Shown: positions 38,603 through 51,306, numbered from the stretch's first letter. The stretch is DNA of 64,000 bases from Octopus sinensis (GCF_006345805.1 NC_043001.1:77810001-77874000), one strand, 5' to 3'. The notes: generated by a model not told the origin, from the sequence alone. Made by a program: numbers and translations.

Positions 38603-38982
38603 ATGTGTGTATGTGTAGGTATGTATAGGCACACATGTGTACGTATGTGTGTGTGTATGTATATGTGTTTATGTATGTATGTGCACACATTTTATTTTTT
38701 TATTTTTTTATTTTTTATTTTTCTATTTTTTATTTTTTATTTTTTATTTTTTATTTTTTTATTTATTTTTTTTTATCTATTCTTTCATCTAACTTACCAC
38801 TGACTCCTTGACCACTCCCCAAGTATGATATTTTGCGCTATGCCTACCCCCAAAAAAGTCCCCCACCACCACTCCTTTAAACCTGCCTAAATGTATAAAT
38901 GCTAATACAATTCTTGTTAAATAGCTTCCTGAAGATTTCTCTTGAATGAAACAGTACTAGTCCTGTAGAAGCTCCTTCTATA
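37698..38982 (-). repeat. Right arm of large inverted duplication
   Basis: See left arm; the differences I found are homopolymer and microsatellite length changes. Confidence 0.95.
38923..38973 (+). ncRNA. Type I hammerhead motif (copy 2)
   Basis: Identical to 34944-34994; core 38929-38935, GAAA 38948-38951, GTA 38965-38967. Confidence 0.75.
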
Positions 38983-39119
38983 ATAATAAATAAATATTAT
39001 GTATTATATATATATATACTCTTTATGGTTTCACTTCTATCAGTCATTTGATTGCAGCCGTGTATATATCTTATACATACACACACATACATACATATAT
39101 ATATATACATATATATATA

Positions 39120-39189
<70 letters not shown>

Positions 39190-40249
39190 TTCATTTTTCA
39201 TTTCATTTCATCTAGTTTTCAGCTCACGCGCTGTGGCCATGCTGGAGCACCGCCATTTGGTGTTCCTACATGATTTTACTTCACGAATGCTTTTTAGCAA
39301 TTGACATTTGGTGCATGAGAGAGTTTGATGCGGCTGCCCTCATCTGCACCTCCTGCCGTTAAGTTGGTTCACCTGACAGGAAGAGGTCCAGCTTTATTTT
39401 GAAGACATCTGCATCCACCCTATGCAGGTCTCTCAAGTCCTTCGGGAGGATATTGAAGAGCTGTGGCCCTCTGAAGCCTAGGCTATTGCAGTATCTTGTT
39501 CTACATCTTGATGGCAAATTTGGAGTCCTTGGCACTATGCAGTTGCACCGAGTTCTAGTATTTGTGTAACTCTCGATGCCAAAGTTTGGGACAAGTCCTT
39601 CCAGGATCTTCCTGATGTATATTATGGCATATCTTTCTCGCCTACACTCTAAGAAATAGAGTCTTAATTTCTTGAGTCTTTCCCAATAACTTATATGCTG
39701 CATAGAAGCTATCTTCTGCGTGTAACTTCGTTGGATTGCCTCAAGTTCTGAGATTAATTTGACATTGGTTGGTGACCATAGCTGAGAGCAATAGTCAAGG
39801 TGGCTTAGGACAAGTGTCCTCCAGAGGACCATCATAGTTTCCTGGTCTCTTGTTCTAAAAGCTCTAAGAATCTATCCGGTCAGCCGCCTAAATTTCATTG
39901 CCAATTTAGCAACATGCACATGAAACTTTGCATTATTACTCATGTAAATACCCAGATCTCGTACTGATTGTGCCTCTGGGATTGCAATCCCTCCAGGTCC
40001 AGTGTATTTCTTGGGTATTTCATTTAGTTTTGCATGCTGATAGCACAAATCTTGAAACTTTTCAGCATCGAACTGCATGCTATTCTTTTCAGCCCACTTG
40101 TATTTTCGTCCAGCCCACATTGCAGGTGCATAGTGTCTTCAGGGTTCTGCATTACATGTGAAACTTTTGTATCATCTGCATAACTTATGATCGTGGCTCT
40201 GTGTGGATGAGGGCATGTCTGAGAAGGCCATTATGAACAGCAGTGGTCC
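39190..40249 (-). mobile_element. CR1/L2-group LINE, 5'-truncated, with intact 3' tail
   Basis: GPLLFIMAFSDMP, SYADDTK, FDAEKFQ, LVLSHLDYCSQLWSP, LEAIQR, YWERLKKLRL, GPQLFNILP; tail GGCGGTGCTCCAGCATGGCCACAG..CTGAAA + (ATGAA)n. Confidence 0.9.
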
Positions 40250-40461
40250 CAAACATTTTATCAAACATTTTCATCAAACATTTTCACCAGACATTTTCAT
40301 CATACATTTTCATCAAACATTTTGATGAGCAATATTCATCAAATAGATACATAAATAAACATATATATACCTATACATATGTATATAAATATATAAGCGC
40401 GTTGGTGGTTGTATGTTTGCGTGTGTGGGTGTGTGTGTGTGTGTGCATGTAAATAGAGACT

Positions 40462-40505
<44 letters not shown>

Positions 40506-41034
40506 AGTGGTAACATATAGAGAGTTAAGTGATTTATGTCTGTCAGATAATTTTGGTGAGTTCTAAGCAGCTTACGAGGAGAAAAACCACAATACCAATG
40601 CTGTAGAGATGAACAGAAGCCATAGCGATTGAAATGACAATGTGAAAGAAGATAGATTGCTAGAACTTTGTAAAACAGAGTAATTATTAATTGATAGAAG
40701 CATCTAAGACGAAGTTTGGCATAACAATCAAATCCAACCAAGCTGTAGTTTACTTTTAAGCTCTTATATTTTATTTGTTCAGGCACTTTGAAATCTGATT
40801 ATGTTTTTTCGTTTTCCAAACCGCTAAAATACGTGATACAGGGACGTGAACAAGCCAACACCGGTTATCACCCGGTGAGGTTGACAAAGAGACATACATA
40901 TCGACGCACACATATAACGCATTCACATAATACTTACACACACATACACTCACAATCACACATATACACGCTTACACACACACGCACTCACACATACGTT
41001 GTTTATGTCAAAATAATTTAGAAACTTCGGTAGA

Positions 41035-41450
41035 GCGCAGGCGTGAATGTGTGGTAAGTAGCTTGGTTACCAACCACATGCTTCCGGGTTCAGTTCCACT
41101 GCGTGGCACCTTGAGAAATTGTCTTTTATTATAGCCTCGGGCCAACGAAAGCCTTGTGAGTGGATTTGGTAGACGGAAACTGAAAGAAGCCTGTCGTGTA
41201 TATTCATGTGTGTGTGTGTATGTGTGTGTGTGTGTGTGTATGTTCGTGTGTCTTATTCTTCACACTATCGCTTCACAACCGATGTTCGTGTGTTTACGTC
41301 TCCGTTAGCTACCAGTTCGGCAAAAAACGATAGACTATGTACTAGGCTAACAAAGAATAAGTCCTGGGATCGATTTATTCGACAAAGGGCAGTAACTCCA
41401 GCATGGCTGCAGTCAAATGACTGAAACAAATAAAATGATTAAAGAATAAA
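41035..41450 (+). mobile_element. SINE family B, full length, internal (GT)n
   Basis: GCGCAGGCGTGAATGTGTGGTAAGTAG, GGGTTCAGTTCC, 3' CTCCAGCATGGCTGCAGTCAAATGACTGAAAC. Confidence 0.9.
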
Positions 41451-41699
41451 GGGCAGGAAATAATTACTTTTTGAACGGTGAAGCATTGAATGAGATGCAA
41501 CTATGAAATAATACTGGGTAAGTATTCAAATACAAAAGCCTTTTGTGTTTCAGTCATTAGGCTGCAGCCATGCAGGGGTACCGCCTTGAAGAATGTTTGG
41601 TCGCAGGAGTCGACACCAGTACTTAATATTTTTAAAGAACACGCTTTAAACAAATTGCGTGTGTATTCTATTTACTTAATGCTTGTTACTTATTCTATT

Positions 41700-41860
41700 T
41701 GGAGCTCTGTGGCTTAGTGGTTAGGGTGTGGAATCATGAAAGTAAGATTGTGGCTTTAATCCCTGGATTGTGGCTTCAATCCCAGTGTGGGGTGTTTTGG
41801 AGCAAAACACTTCATTTCACGTTGATCCAGTCCACTAAGCTGTGGGAAATGTGTTTAGCC
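41700..41860 (+). mobile_element. SINE family D head, with an internal duplication of the B-box region
   Basis: GTGGCTTAGTGGTTAGGGTG; GATTGTGGCTT(T/C)AATCCC twice; GCAAAACACTTCATTTCACGTTG. Confidence 0.7.
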
Positions 41861-42082
41861 TGGAGAGCGATGCGCTACGCCAGGTGTTCTCGCCCTAGAT
41901 ACTCTGCATGGCTGTTGGTGCCCCTACGACACCAAGGGGTTAAGGGACTTGTCTTGTCAATTTATTCTATCGGTTCCTTTTGCCCAACCACTAGATTTCG
42001 GGCACGTAAACACACCAGCACCGGCAGTGGTGGATCTCACACATAGGCACAAAATCACCCCCCCACACACACATGCACACAA

Positions 42083-42170
<88 letters not shown>

Positions 42171-43639
42171 CGATGGGCTTCTTTCAGTTTCCGTCTCTAA
42201 AATTTACTCAAAAGGGTTTGATCAGCCATTGGCTATACTAGAGGACACAGAGCCAAAGTGCCACGCACTATGTCTGAACCTGGAGTCATTTAGTAGTTGA
42301 AAAGTGAACATCTTACCACATTGCCTCGGTTCGTCCATGGATAGAAAACATCAAATACCGCCTTCGACTATTTGTATCCAAAGTTTTTTTAACCCAATAG
42401 TTACACGATTTTGTTTATAACTTTATTGCCTTCGAGTTGCACCGTTCCCAAAATAAATATACAGACATACTATATATATATATACATGTGTGTGTAATAT
42501 CCACCTACGTACATGCAGACAGACAAAAATACAGACGTATATATATGATATCCACCTACATACATGCAGACAATCAAACAAACATACAAACGTATATATA
42601 TATATACATATATATATATATGTATGTTTGTGCAAGATTAACGTATATGGTGTGTTAAGAGGGCTGACAGGTAATCCTGTATGATTTATCTTTTTCTCTG
42701 AGATTTCCTCAACCAAATCCACTCAGAAGGCTCTGATTTGCTCCGGGTGTCGCACTGTGTCGCACTGTGAAACTGAACCTCACACCACATGGCTGGAAAG
42801 CAAGCTTCTTACCCATACAGCCATGCCAAAATAAAACTAGTTGCCGAATTTCAGATAATACAGTTTCTACATCGATATAATATTTGAGTTTTTTGTCGAA
42901 CGCTGGAGTTCAGTACCAGATTTCATAGTTCATAAATACGCCATAAAAATGTTGAAACTTTGGGGCGACCTGAAATAACTCTGCTGCAATTGTTAATGTC
43001 GAGGTAGACAAAGCTATAAGCGATAGCGCGTGTATATTGGGTTGAAAGTCCAAGGCAGCTTTCGACCATTTCTATCTAATGTGTTTTTAAACCAATATTT
43101 GCATACTACTGTTTATAGCTTTGCATCCTTCAAGATTCACTTTTCCAAAAATGAGCTGTTTGAAGAGAGCAATCGGTAGAGATCAAGATAAAATGGGTAC
43201 AAACGTATGTAAAACGCCCATAATCTAACAATGACATCTTTGAAAGTCTGTCAGGACTACTAGAATCAACTGGATGTAGGTCATGATACTAGTAGCTATA
43301 ATGCAAGATCAAGCTTCAATGGCAAGAAATACGTGGAGTTTGTTTGCGATGGAAAAATATTGTAGAAATAGCAGGATAAGAGATGCTCTTAGAAAGCAGA
43401 AATACATTTGGCTAGGAATTAAGTGTATAGGGAATATCTATGCGAGAAAGACGTCTGTAAATATCTCGAGTGTGATTAACAAAATGACAATTTATTATGA
43501 CCTTGTGAAATTAGTGGGGTAAAAAAACAGAAAAAGAAAGGTAGCACCTGGATTTTACTGTTCGATTCCTAGAACTAAGGTCGATTACTTGGTGACCGAC
43601 ATCACAATGATACCTCTGAACGGACATAGGAGTATTACG

Positions 43640-43750
43640 CGCAGTAAAAGGAAGTGCTTTTCTCAAGAACACAACGTACAGTATAAGCCGAGAATCGACC
43701 CTGCAGTCTTGAGATGGTGAGTGCGACATCCTAATCACCAGGCCACGCTC
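43640..43750 (-). mobile_element. SINE family D head
   Basis: Minus strand GCGTGGCCTGGTGATTAGGATG..GGGTCGATTCTC..GTGTTCTTGAGAAAAGCACTT. Confidence 0.65.
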
Positions 43751-43964
43751 ATTAACTGATATTAGAATCTAAATGAAATCTCAGATCAAATACAAACTGC
43801 CAGTTAAAGATCGAGTGGAAACGATAAGCGTTGGAGTAGCACTCATGACTGCGTATTAGACGATTGTGGTTGATATTACTAAAGTAGATCTGGGTTTAAT
43901 TAGAATCAATAAGATAATTTTTCGAATGAATATATTGGTTATTAATTAATAAATAGATGAAATG

Positions 43965-44090
43965 TTCTTTTCTACTCTAAGCACAAGGACCGAAATTTTT
44001 GAGGAGAGGGCCAGTGGATTAGATTGACCCTAGTACGCAACTGGTGCTTAATTTATTGACCCCGAAAGTATGAAAAGCAAAGTCGACCTC
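43965..44090 (-). mobile_element. SINE family A, 3' part
   Basis: TACGCAACTGGTGCTTAATTTATTGACCCCGAAAG..AAAGTCGACCTC. Confidence 0.75.
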
Positions 44091-44464
44091 ATATAGATAA
44101 AATGTTATTAAGGAAAAGGGAAATTGAAAAAGGAATGGTCTAATGAATAGAAGAACTATATTCAGGAATAAATGTCAGAGTTGCATAGTTTATGATACAC
44201 AATAAGCATGCACGAATGGGTGCTTCCTGTGAGAGAGAGAGAAAGAGAGGAAGAGCGAGAGAGAGAGAGAGAGAAAGTTGGAGGGAGAGGAAGTTCAGGA
44301 TTGTATGCTGCTCTATAAATAAAAGAGTGGAAAATGGAATACTCCAAAACGCACAAGAGAGGAAGGAATTTTCAGAAGACCTGGCCCAAGAATTAAACGG
44401 ATATAAAAAGAATATCAAATGACATCTAAGAAAGAGAATGCCATAAAACCTGATCTGTATTATA

Positions 44465-44547
<83 letters not shown>

Positions 44548-45365
44548 CACTGTTGCTGCTGCTAAAGCTGAAACTGTATACATATAAACACAATTTAGTG
44601 AAATCAATTAAGAGTTCAGTCGTGAGCAGTCATGTATAGATAAATTATATTTTAAGCCGTTGAGAAACTTGCCTCGTCATTCGTCATTAAAAATATATAA
44701 ACCAGAATGTTGTTGGATGTTTACACTGGAGAATATGTAAATGTGTCTGGATTTTAAATATATAGTAGTTAAATCCAGCATTACGTCTGGTATTAATTCA
44801 AAGAATACTTAACCAATATCAGAAATGAATAATTGAAATGTTGTGTATTCTGGAGAGAAACTCTTCCAAAAGAAACACTTCTATGAGAAAATGAATGAGT
44901 TCTAACAGCCAGTTTTTCAAAAATATGGAAGGAGAAGAGAGTATGGAGTAAAATTTATGTCAACTATTATTGATTGCTAAGGCTGAAGAATGACTGAAGT
45001 TAAGAGATAAGGTATTAAGTTAACGGAAGATAAGAAATAAGTTATAAAAAAATTTGTATAAGCAAGACAATTGTATTATTATACATTAGTTCAGGTGGGA
45101 TCAGTTCATCTCACAACAACGACTATGCTATTCTTAAGGTTCTCCAAAATCAAGTGAAAATGAGAGCCCAAGTCTCTCAGAGAAACATAGATTCTTGGAA
45201 TAGCATCAAATTTTCATAACATTTCATGGCATATAGTATCTCTATTTCCAGACATAAAAAATTATCATTGGCAAAAAAAAGCAACAACAAAAAACAAAAA
45301 AACTGTCGCTGGATGATATTCAGGATGGACCTAAACGTCAGCCGGTTTCGTTAGGGTAACTAGTA

Positions 45366-45567
45366 TTTTTCTGTTATAGACGCTAGGTATGATATTTGTT
45401 GGTGGGAAAAGTCGATTACATAGACTCCCCTGTTCAACTGGTACATATTTCATCGATCCCGAAAGAATAAATGGCAAAGTAGGCTCCGGTAGAATTTGAA
45501 ATTAGAATGTACACAGACGAAATTCCGCTAAACATTTCTTCCTGCGTGCTAACGATTCGGCCAGCTC
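45366..45567 (-). mobile_element. SINE family A
   Basis: CATCGATCCCGAAAGAA..GCTAACGATTCGGCCAGCTC. Confidence 0.7.
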
Positions 45568-46002
45568 AAACAAAATTCAAAGTACCAGTCGACGGATAGA
45601 AAGGTAAAAGTCACTAAAGAAACCCTGAAAGAGAGTGTCGTTTTTCCCAGTATGTCAGGCATTTCAGGCCGAGAGTGGTATTTCTACGGATTTTTTTTTG
45701 ACTGGAATTACAATTCCCGTTGACAATATTATTTAGCAACAGAACCGAACGATTCAGCAAACGAGTCGTTAGATAATGGTGGATACAGCAGACATGCTTG
45801 AAGTAGCGACCATATCTTCCTCAGAGCATGCCTCATTGTCTTAGAAAATGATTCGTTGGATGAAGTGTCCTGGTTTCCTTGCGAATATTAAAAAAATAGG
45901 GCGGTCACGGTTGGAATGCCTCGATTCAATTGGTTCTTCACGATCAGAGATGATTTGATATTAAAAATCAATGACAACACAAGAGGAACGCCATCGCGAA
46001 AG

Positions 46003-46049
<47 letters not shown>

Positions 46050-46050
46050 T

Positions 46051-46085
<35 letters not shown>

Positions 46086-46166
46086 TTGCTACTGCTACTG
46101 CTGCTACTACTACTACTACTACTACTACTACCACTACTACTACTATTGCTACTGCTACTGCTGCTG

Positions 46167-46206
<40 letters not shown>

Positions 46207-46207
46207 A
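46003..46207 (+). repeat. (ACT)n array with a 60-bp higher-order duplication
   Basis: Interruption TATTGCTACTGCTACTGCTGC recurs at 46084 and 46144. Confidence 0.9.
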
Positions 46208-46289
46208 GGATTAGGAACTTGAGCAGCAAAAATAGTAACCACCGCGTCAATAGCAGATTCGTTAGACTTGGAGAGAATCTTTCGTAGTA

Positions 46290-46590
46290 TTTATATATAC
46301 AGTAATCAACCAAATATGAATCATTTCGTTGCACAATGCGTCTCCATCTTTCCTTTAACTTAAAAATACCCTCTTCCCAGAATTGAGGTGGTTTCATGGC
46401 AAAGAATTCATTAAGCTATCTTTTTATGTCATCCAAGGAATTGAAATTTTTAGCATTAAGACTATTCTGCAGAGACATGAATAAGTGGAAATCCAAAGGA
46501 GCAACATCTAGATAATATGGCGAGTGGGGTAACACATCCCAGCCGAACTGCAGCAATTTTTGTCTGGTTCCCAAAGCATCAAGTGCCGCA
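46290..46590 (-). mobile_element. Mariner transposase C-terminal relic
   Basis: KLLQFGWDVLPHSPYYLDVAPLDFHLFMSLQNSL..FWEEGIFKLKERWRRIVQRNDSY. Confidence 0.85.
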
Positions 46591-48509
46591 AATGAACTTT
46601 CTTTTCTTCCATTTTAAAGGGTTACAGAATTAACACAGGTTATAGGAACATAAAACTTCTTCCACGAAAATATAGCGTAAACTGTGCTCTAAATGGAGGT
46701 GTAGTCAAATCCTATTTTATGGACTCAGCCACGTTCTAAAATAAGTAGAAAGGTAAGCTGCTATAAATCGGCACGATTTTCCGGACGACCCAATATTTAG
46801 TATTAATTTCAATAAGCCCTTGGATCATATATACTATTGTATCAGATTCCTTTGATTTCAGTTATGACTACCAGCTCAAGCCACTTTGTGTTTAATGTTT
46901 AAGCAGAAGACTAATTTTGAGGACTCTCACTCATATAATACTTCACATATTTACACACACACATACATTCACACATGTATCTTATGAATTCACTTGTTTC
47001 CGCTCTAGTGATATATTATACCATTTTCCGGTGTTACACCTACGAAAATCTAACATATTGGACGTGTTTTTACTCATGTATTATCGAAGTCTAATTATTG
47101 CTGTTGTCATCATTGTCATTGTTGTTGTTGTATCGTCGTTACTGCTGTTTCTGTTCTTGCTATTTAGATTGTTCAATTGTTCAATTGTTTAAGGTGTTTT
47201 TACAGATATTTGTTTTATAGAACTTCTTACTCTAAATCTCACAATCAACTTTACTTCTACGGATGCACATCAGATATCTAACACAGACAATCTCAGTTAA
47301 ATACCACAGACCCACGATTCAACAGAATTACGACCAAAATTATTTCAGATACGATTTCTTCCTCTTTATAGCAGTGAATTTTGGATTTATCGTGTGTTTC
47401 ATTTTATTTTGTGACTGCGTTTTGTAACATATTCTTATTATGGGCATAGGTCCAAAACCTTTAGAGGTCTTATCGACTACATCGGGCCCAGTGATTAACT
47501 ACTACTCATTTTAGTGAGTCCAAAAGAAGGGGAGTCGAAGTAGCCCTCGGCAGAATTGCTTTTGACAACTCACCAGTTTACAGTATGCTGCAATAACCTT
47601 TCTACTATAGGTACAAAACCTGGAAGTTTGGAGGTAGAGGCATGTTGACTGCATCGGCCGTAGTGTTCAAGCGTTATTGATTTTATAGTCTCATAAAAGC
47701 ATGAAAGACAAAGTCGACCACGTCCGAATTTAAATCCAGATGAAATGTTTTTCCGCCGTGTTAACGATCACGCCAGCTATCCATATTATTGTATATCGTG
47801 GACATTATACAATATTTACCCCTCACTGCATTGAGTACATTTTGTCGACCTGAGCTTCACGGAGGTGTAAAGTAAAGCAAAGTACATGTGTGTATATGTA
47901 TGTGTATTCATACGCACATGTGTGATTACTTGTCTCCAAGTCTGTGGACACATTTATTACTTGTAGTTACGTGTGGTAATAATCAGCAGTGTATGGTTCT
48001 GATGCATTGACTATTTGTGTTTGTCTATGTGTGTTCATATCAATCTTGTGTGTAATAATTTGTCTCCGAGTACGTGAATATCATTTTCTTATGGCTATAC
48101 ATAGTAAAACTGACTCTTGTACAATCTGTATGTGTGGGCGTGCGGTTATTTGTACAGCAATCAAATCTAGCTGATTTTAAATAAACGAAAAAAAAAACAC
48201 ATCTTAATACATTGTTTTTATTTCTTCTTTTTATTCCCCGACTCGTTCATTTCCTCTTGTTTCTTTATAGTATTTAGTAAAGCAAATAATAATGAAAAAA
48301 CTATTGGAAATGCATATAAAAACAACATTTTCATTATTTTATCATAAAATCTGGTAAATATTTGCTAAACATTATATGTTCGCTGATCATGAAGATACTG
48401 GTGAGGTCCATATAATATATACACATAGACATAAATAGATGTATACCATAAATGCGTGCATACACATAAGAAACAAGCACATGTAGACCATGCAGACATA
48501 AGCACGCAG

Positions 48510-48569
<60 letters not shown>

Positions 48570-48682
48570 GAACATTTATGCATCGATATCTAACTTGCTT
48601 TCTGTCAATACATATATATATGCATACGTACGTAGTCGATACTTAAATACCTACTACAAAGCATACGTTAATACATATTTAG

Positions 48683-48726
<44 letters not shown>

Positions 48727-48783
48727 TATATGTATGTATGTATATATATATATGTGTGTGTATATATATATGTGTGTATGTGT

Positions 48784-48816
<33 letters not shown>

Positions 48817-48897
48817 AACTTGCTTAGAAATGGATACGTCTCGTTCAATTAAATAATAAATAATAAATCATATATATACATGGATATGTGGGTACAA

Positions 48898-49104
48898 GAC
48901 GTCACCAAGGGTGCAAATAACATGAAATATGTAAACAAAACGAGTTAAATGAGTAAACAACGAGAAACATATGGAAGACTCGAAATGAGGAGTAGATAGG
49001 CAGCTGACAACTGATGTAGGGTCTTTTTTCTGTGTTAACCTCTCCTGTTTCCAATTTTTCTCATTGTTCACATATTAAATGCTATTTGCACACTTAGTGA
49101 CGTC
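48898..49104. repeat. Imperfect foldback element (~207 bp)
   Basis: GACGTCACCAAGGGTGCAAATA / TATTTGCACACTTAGTGACGTC (20/22), plus inner ATATGTAAACAA / TTGTTCACATAT (11/12). Confidence 0.75.
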
Positions 49105-49362
49105 CCACACTCACATATACGTGTGTTTATAGACATATATTCTTTATAATTCATTTTATATATATATATTTATATATAAATTATACATGTGTTTTTAATT
49201 GCTTTCATATCTTTAATTCCTTCTTGTTTCCCACAGAACCTCAACATTTAAACGCTATACTGTTATCCCTCAAATACTTAAGGCCCAATTAACTAAGTTC
49301 AATTGATGATTACTGTGGTATTTAATACTGTCATACTATGTGTATACATAGATGTACATATG

Positions 49363-49398
<36 letters not shown>

Positions 49399-49405
49399 AT
49401 ATATA

Positions 49406-49436
<31 letters not shown>

Positions 49437-49448
49437 GTGTGGGTGTGT

Positions 49449-49493
<45 letters not shown>

Positions 49494-49531
49494 TGTGTAT
49501 GTATGTCTTGCTTCTCTCCTTGTTTTTTTCT

Positions 49532-49663
49532 GTGTCCCTTTCTGTAGATGAGCGTAGGCTCGAAACGTAAAATATTTTTTCTATTCCTGAGCGTTATACT
49601 AATACATCTGTTTGTTTTGTACACCACCTGTCTTAGTCTTTTGTTTTTTTCGTAAACTCTCCC
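49532..49663 (+). repeat. Second copy of the 31331-31461 repeat with hammerhead-like motif
   Basis: TTT-CTGTAGAT-GAGC gtag GCTC-GAAA-CGTA-AAA at 49539-49572. Confidence 0.75.
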
Positions 49664-49685
49664 TATATATATATATATATAATAT

Positions 49686-49743
<58 letters not shown>

Positions 49744-49752
49744 TATATATAA

Positions 49753-49792
<40 letters not shown>

Positions 49793-50163
49793 TGTGTGTA
49801 TGTGTTAAATATAATGGGAGTACAAAACCATATAAAGAGAAAGTTAGTCTTATATCTGTTCCTGGGATATTAGGGATATCACTTCATCGTAGATTATGTG
49901 AGATGGTTAAATGGAGGGACATATTAGAGTTCAATATAAGGAGTTATTTTCGAAAAGGAACGAAAGAAGGCGTATGTAGGGATGTAAGAGAATGAATGTT
50001 GAAATAAAAATAAAAAAATATATAAAGAGGTTATAGTTGAGTTAAAACTGTGATGTTGTTGATAGAGCATGTTCTTTGTCTATCTACTTATCCCCTTTGT
50101 GGTTTTGGATAATAAGAAAACTATACAAATGAATCCTTCAAATTGAACTAAATTCTATATTTT

Positions 50164-50224
50164 ATGCAGCTGAAGTTTGCTCTACATTCAAATTGATGGG
50201 ATCGCATGAAAGATCGTACTGCAT
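50164..50224 (+). ncRNA. Decayed copy of the 13494 hammerhead family
   Basis: P1 ATGCAG/CTGCAT, core CTGAAGT (A9 changed), GAAA-GATCG-TA (one C lost); flanks match those at 13430-13620. Confidence 0.6.
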
Positions 50225-50498
50225 TACCTGGATATCCTTGTTGCTTATTTTGATTATATATATATATATATATTATATATATATATATATATAGATATAT
50301 ATATATATAAATTAGTAAATAAATGGCACAACTAAGTACCGATATTTACTGGAAATAGCGAACGTAAAAATACGACGCTAATGTGTAGCTTCACCGCGTA
50401 TGTATTAGCAAAAATGCGTGTGTGCAACAAATTAGAGAAAAAAAACCGTCTTTCCTCCAGGGAGAACATCTGAAAGATAAAACACCCGCAAAATGATA

Positions 50499-50576
50499 AT
50501 GTGGTACCTGCAGGTTTCAGGTTTTACAAGATATGTCTCTCACCCATATTTTGTTTTACCTTCATCAGCCAAACAT
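50499..50576 (-). ncRNA. Type I hammerhead ribozyme motif with canonical core
   Basis: Minus strand ATG-TT-TGG CTGATGA AGGT..ACCT GAAA CCTGCAGG TA CCACAT; P3 palindrome ACCTGCAGGT. Confidence 0.82.
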
Positions 50577-50590
50577 ATGATATATATTTG

Positions 50591-50700
<110 letters not shown>

Positions 50701-50854
50701 AATTCAAAACTTATCGGCACTTACGCCATAACATCTCTTTATTATTGTCACACTGCCTTCTGCGCATGTATGCTCATTGTTGTACTATTGTGGTTACGTG
50801 ATTGAAGCTTGAGCCTGATCGCCCCATTTTTCGTTCTGGCTATACACTGTAAGA

Positions 50855-51120
50855 ATGGCCGCTCCACTAGCAATGTACAGCAATGAAGAACAAATAGCAA
50901 TGATCCGATTTCTCTTGTCGGAAGGTGTGTCAAGTGCTGAAATTCAACGGAGGCTTTTAGTACAATACGGGTACAGTACACTACTGCATAAAAGTATGTA
51001 TAATTGTATCGAGAAGTTGAAGTGGCCAGACATGCATGGCACAGGAAGAGGGATTAGGATGCCTGTCAACCTCCACCACTGATGAGAAGATTCATCATGC
51101 TTGAGATATGGTAATGGTGA
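50855..51120 (+). mobile_element. Mariner transposase N-terminal relic
   Basis: MAAPLAMYSNEEQIAMIRFLLSEGVSSAEIQRRL..CIEKLK, then PSTSTTDEKI. Confidence 0.8.
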
Positions 51121-51306
51121 ACTGATTCGCTATTATCATCTCTCGGATCACTGCTCTTTTTCTTCTTTGGTGCACATTGCTAGTGGCGCGGCCATACTTA
51201 CATTGTGAAGCCAGAAAGAAAAATGTTGGGATCAGGCTTAACCTTCTATCACGTGACAACAATAGTACCAACTATAAGCACACACACACACACACATATA
51301 TATATG

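Noticed and set aside
44720-44880. TGE / SGEK-like words suggesting C2H2 zinc-finger linkers
   Set aside because: No CxxC or HxxxH spacing in any frame and multiple stops.
51079-51085. CTGATGA as a hammerhead core
   Set aside because: It encodes TDE in the mariner relic; no P2-GAAA-P3 follows.
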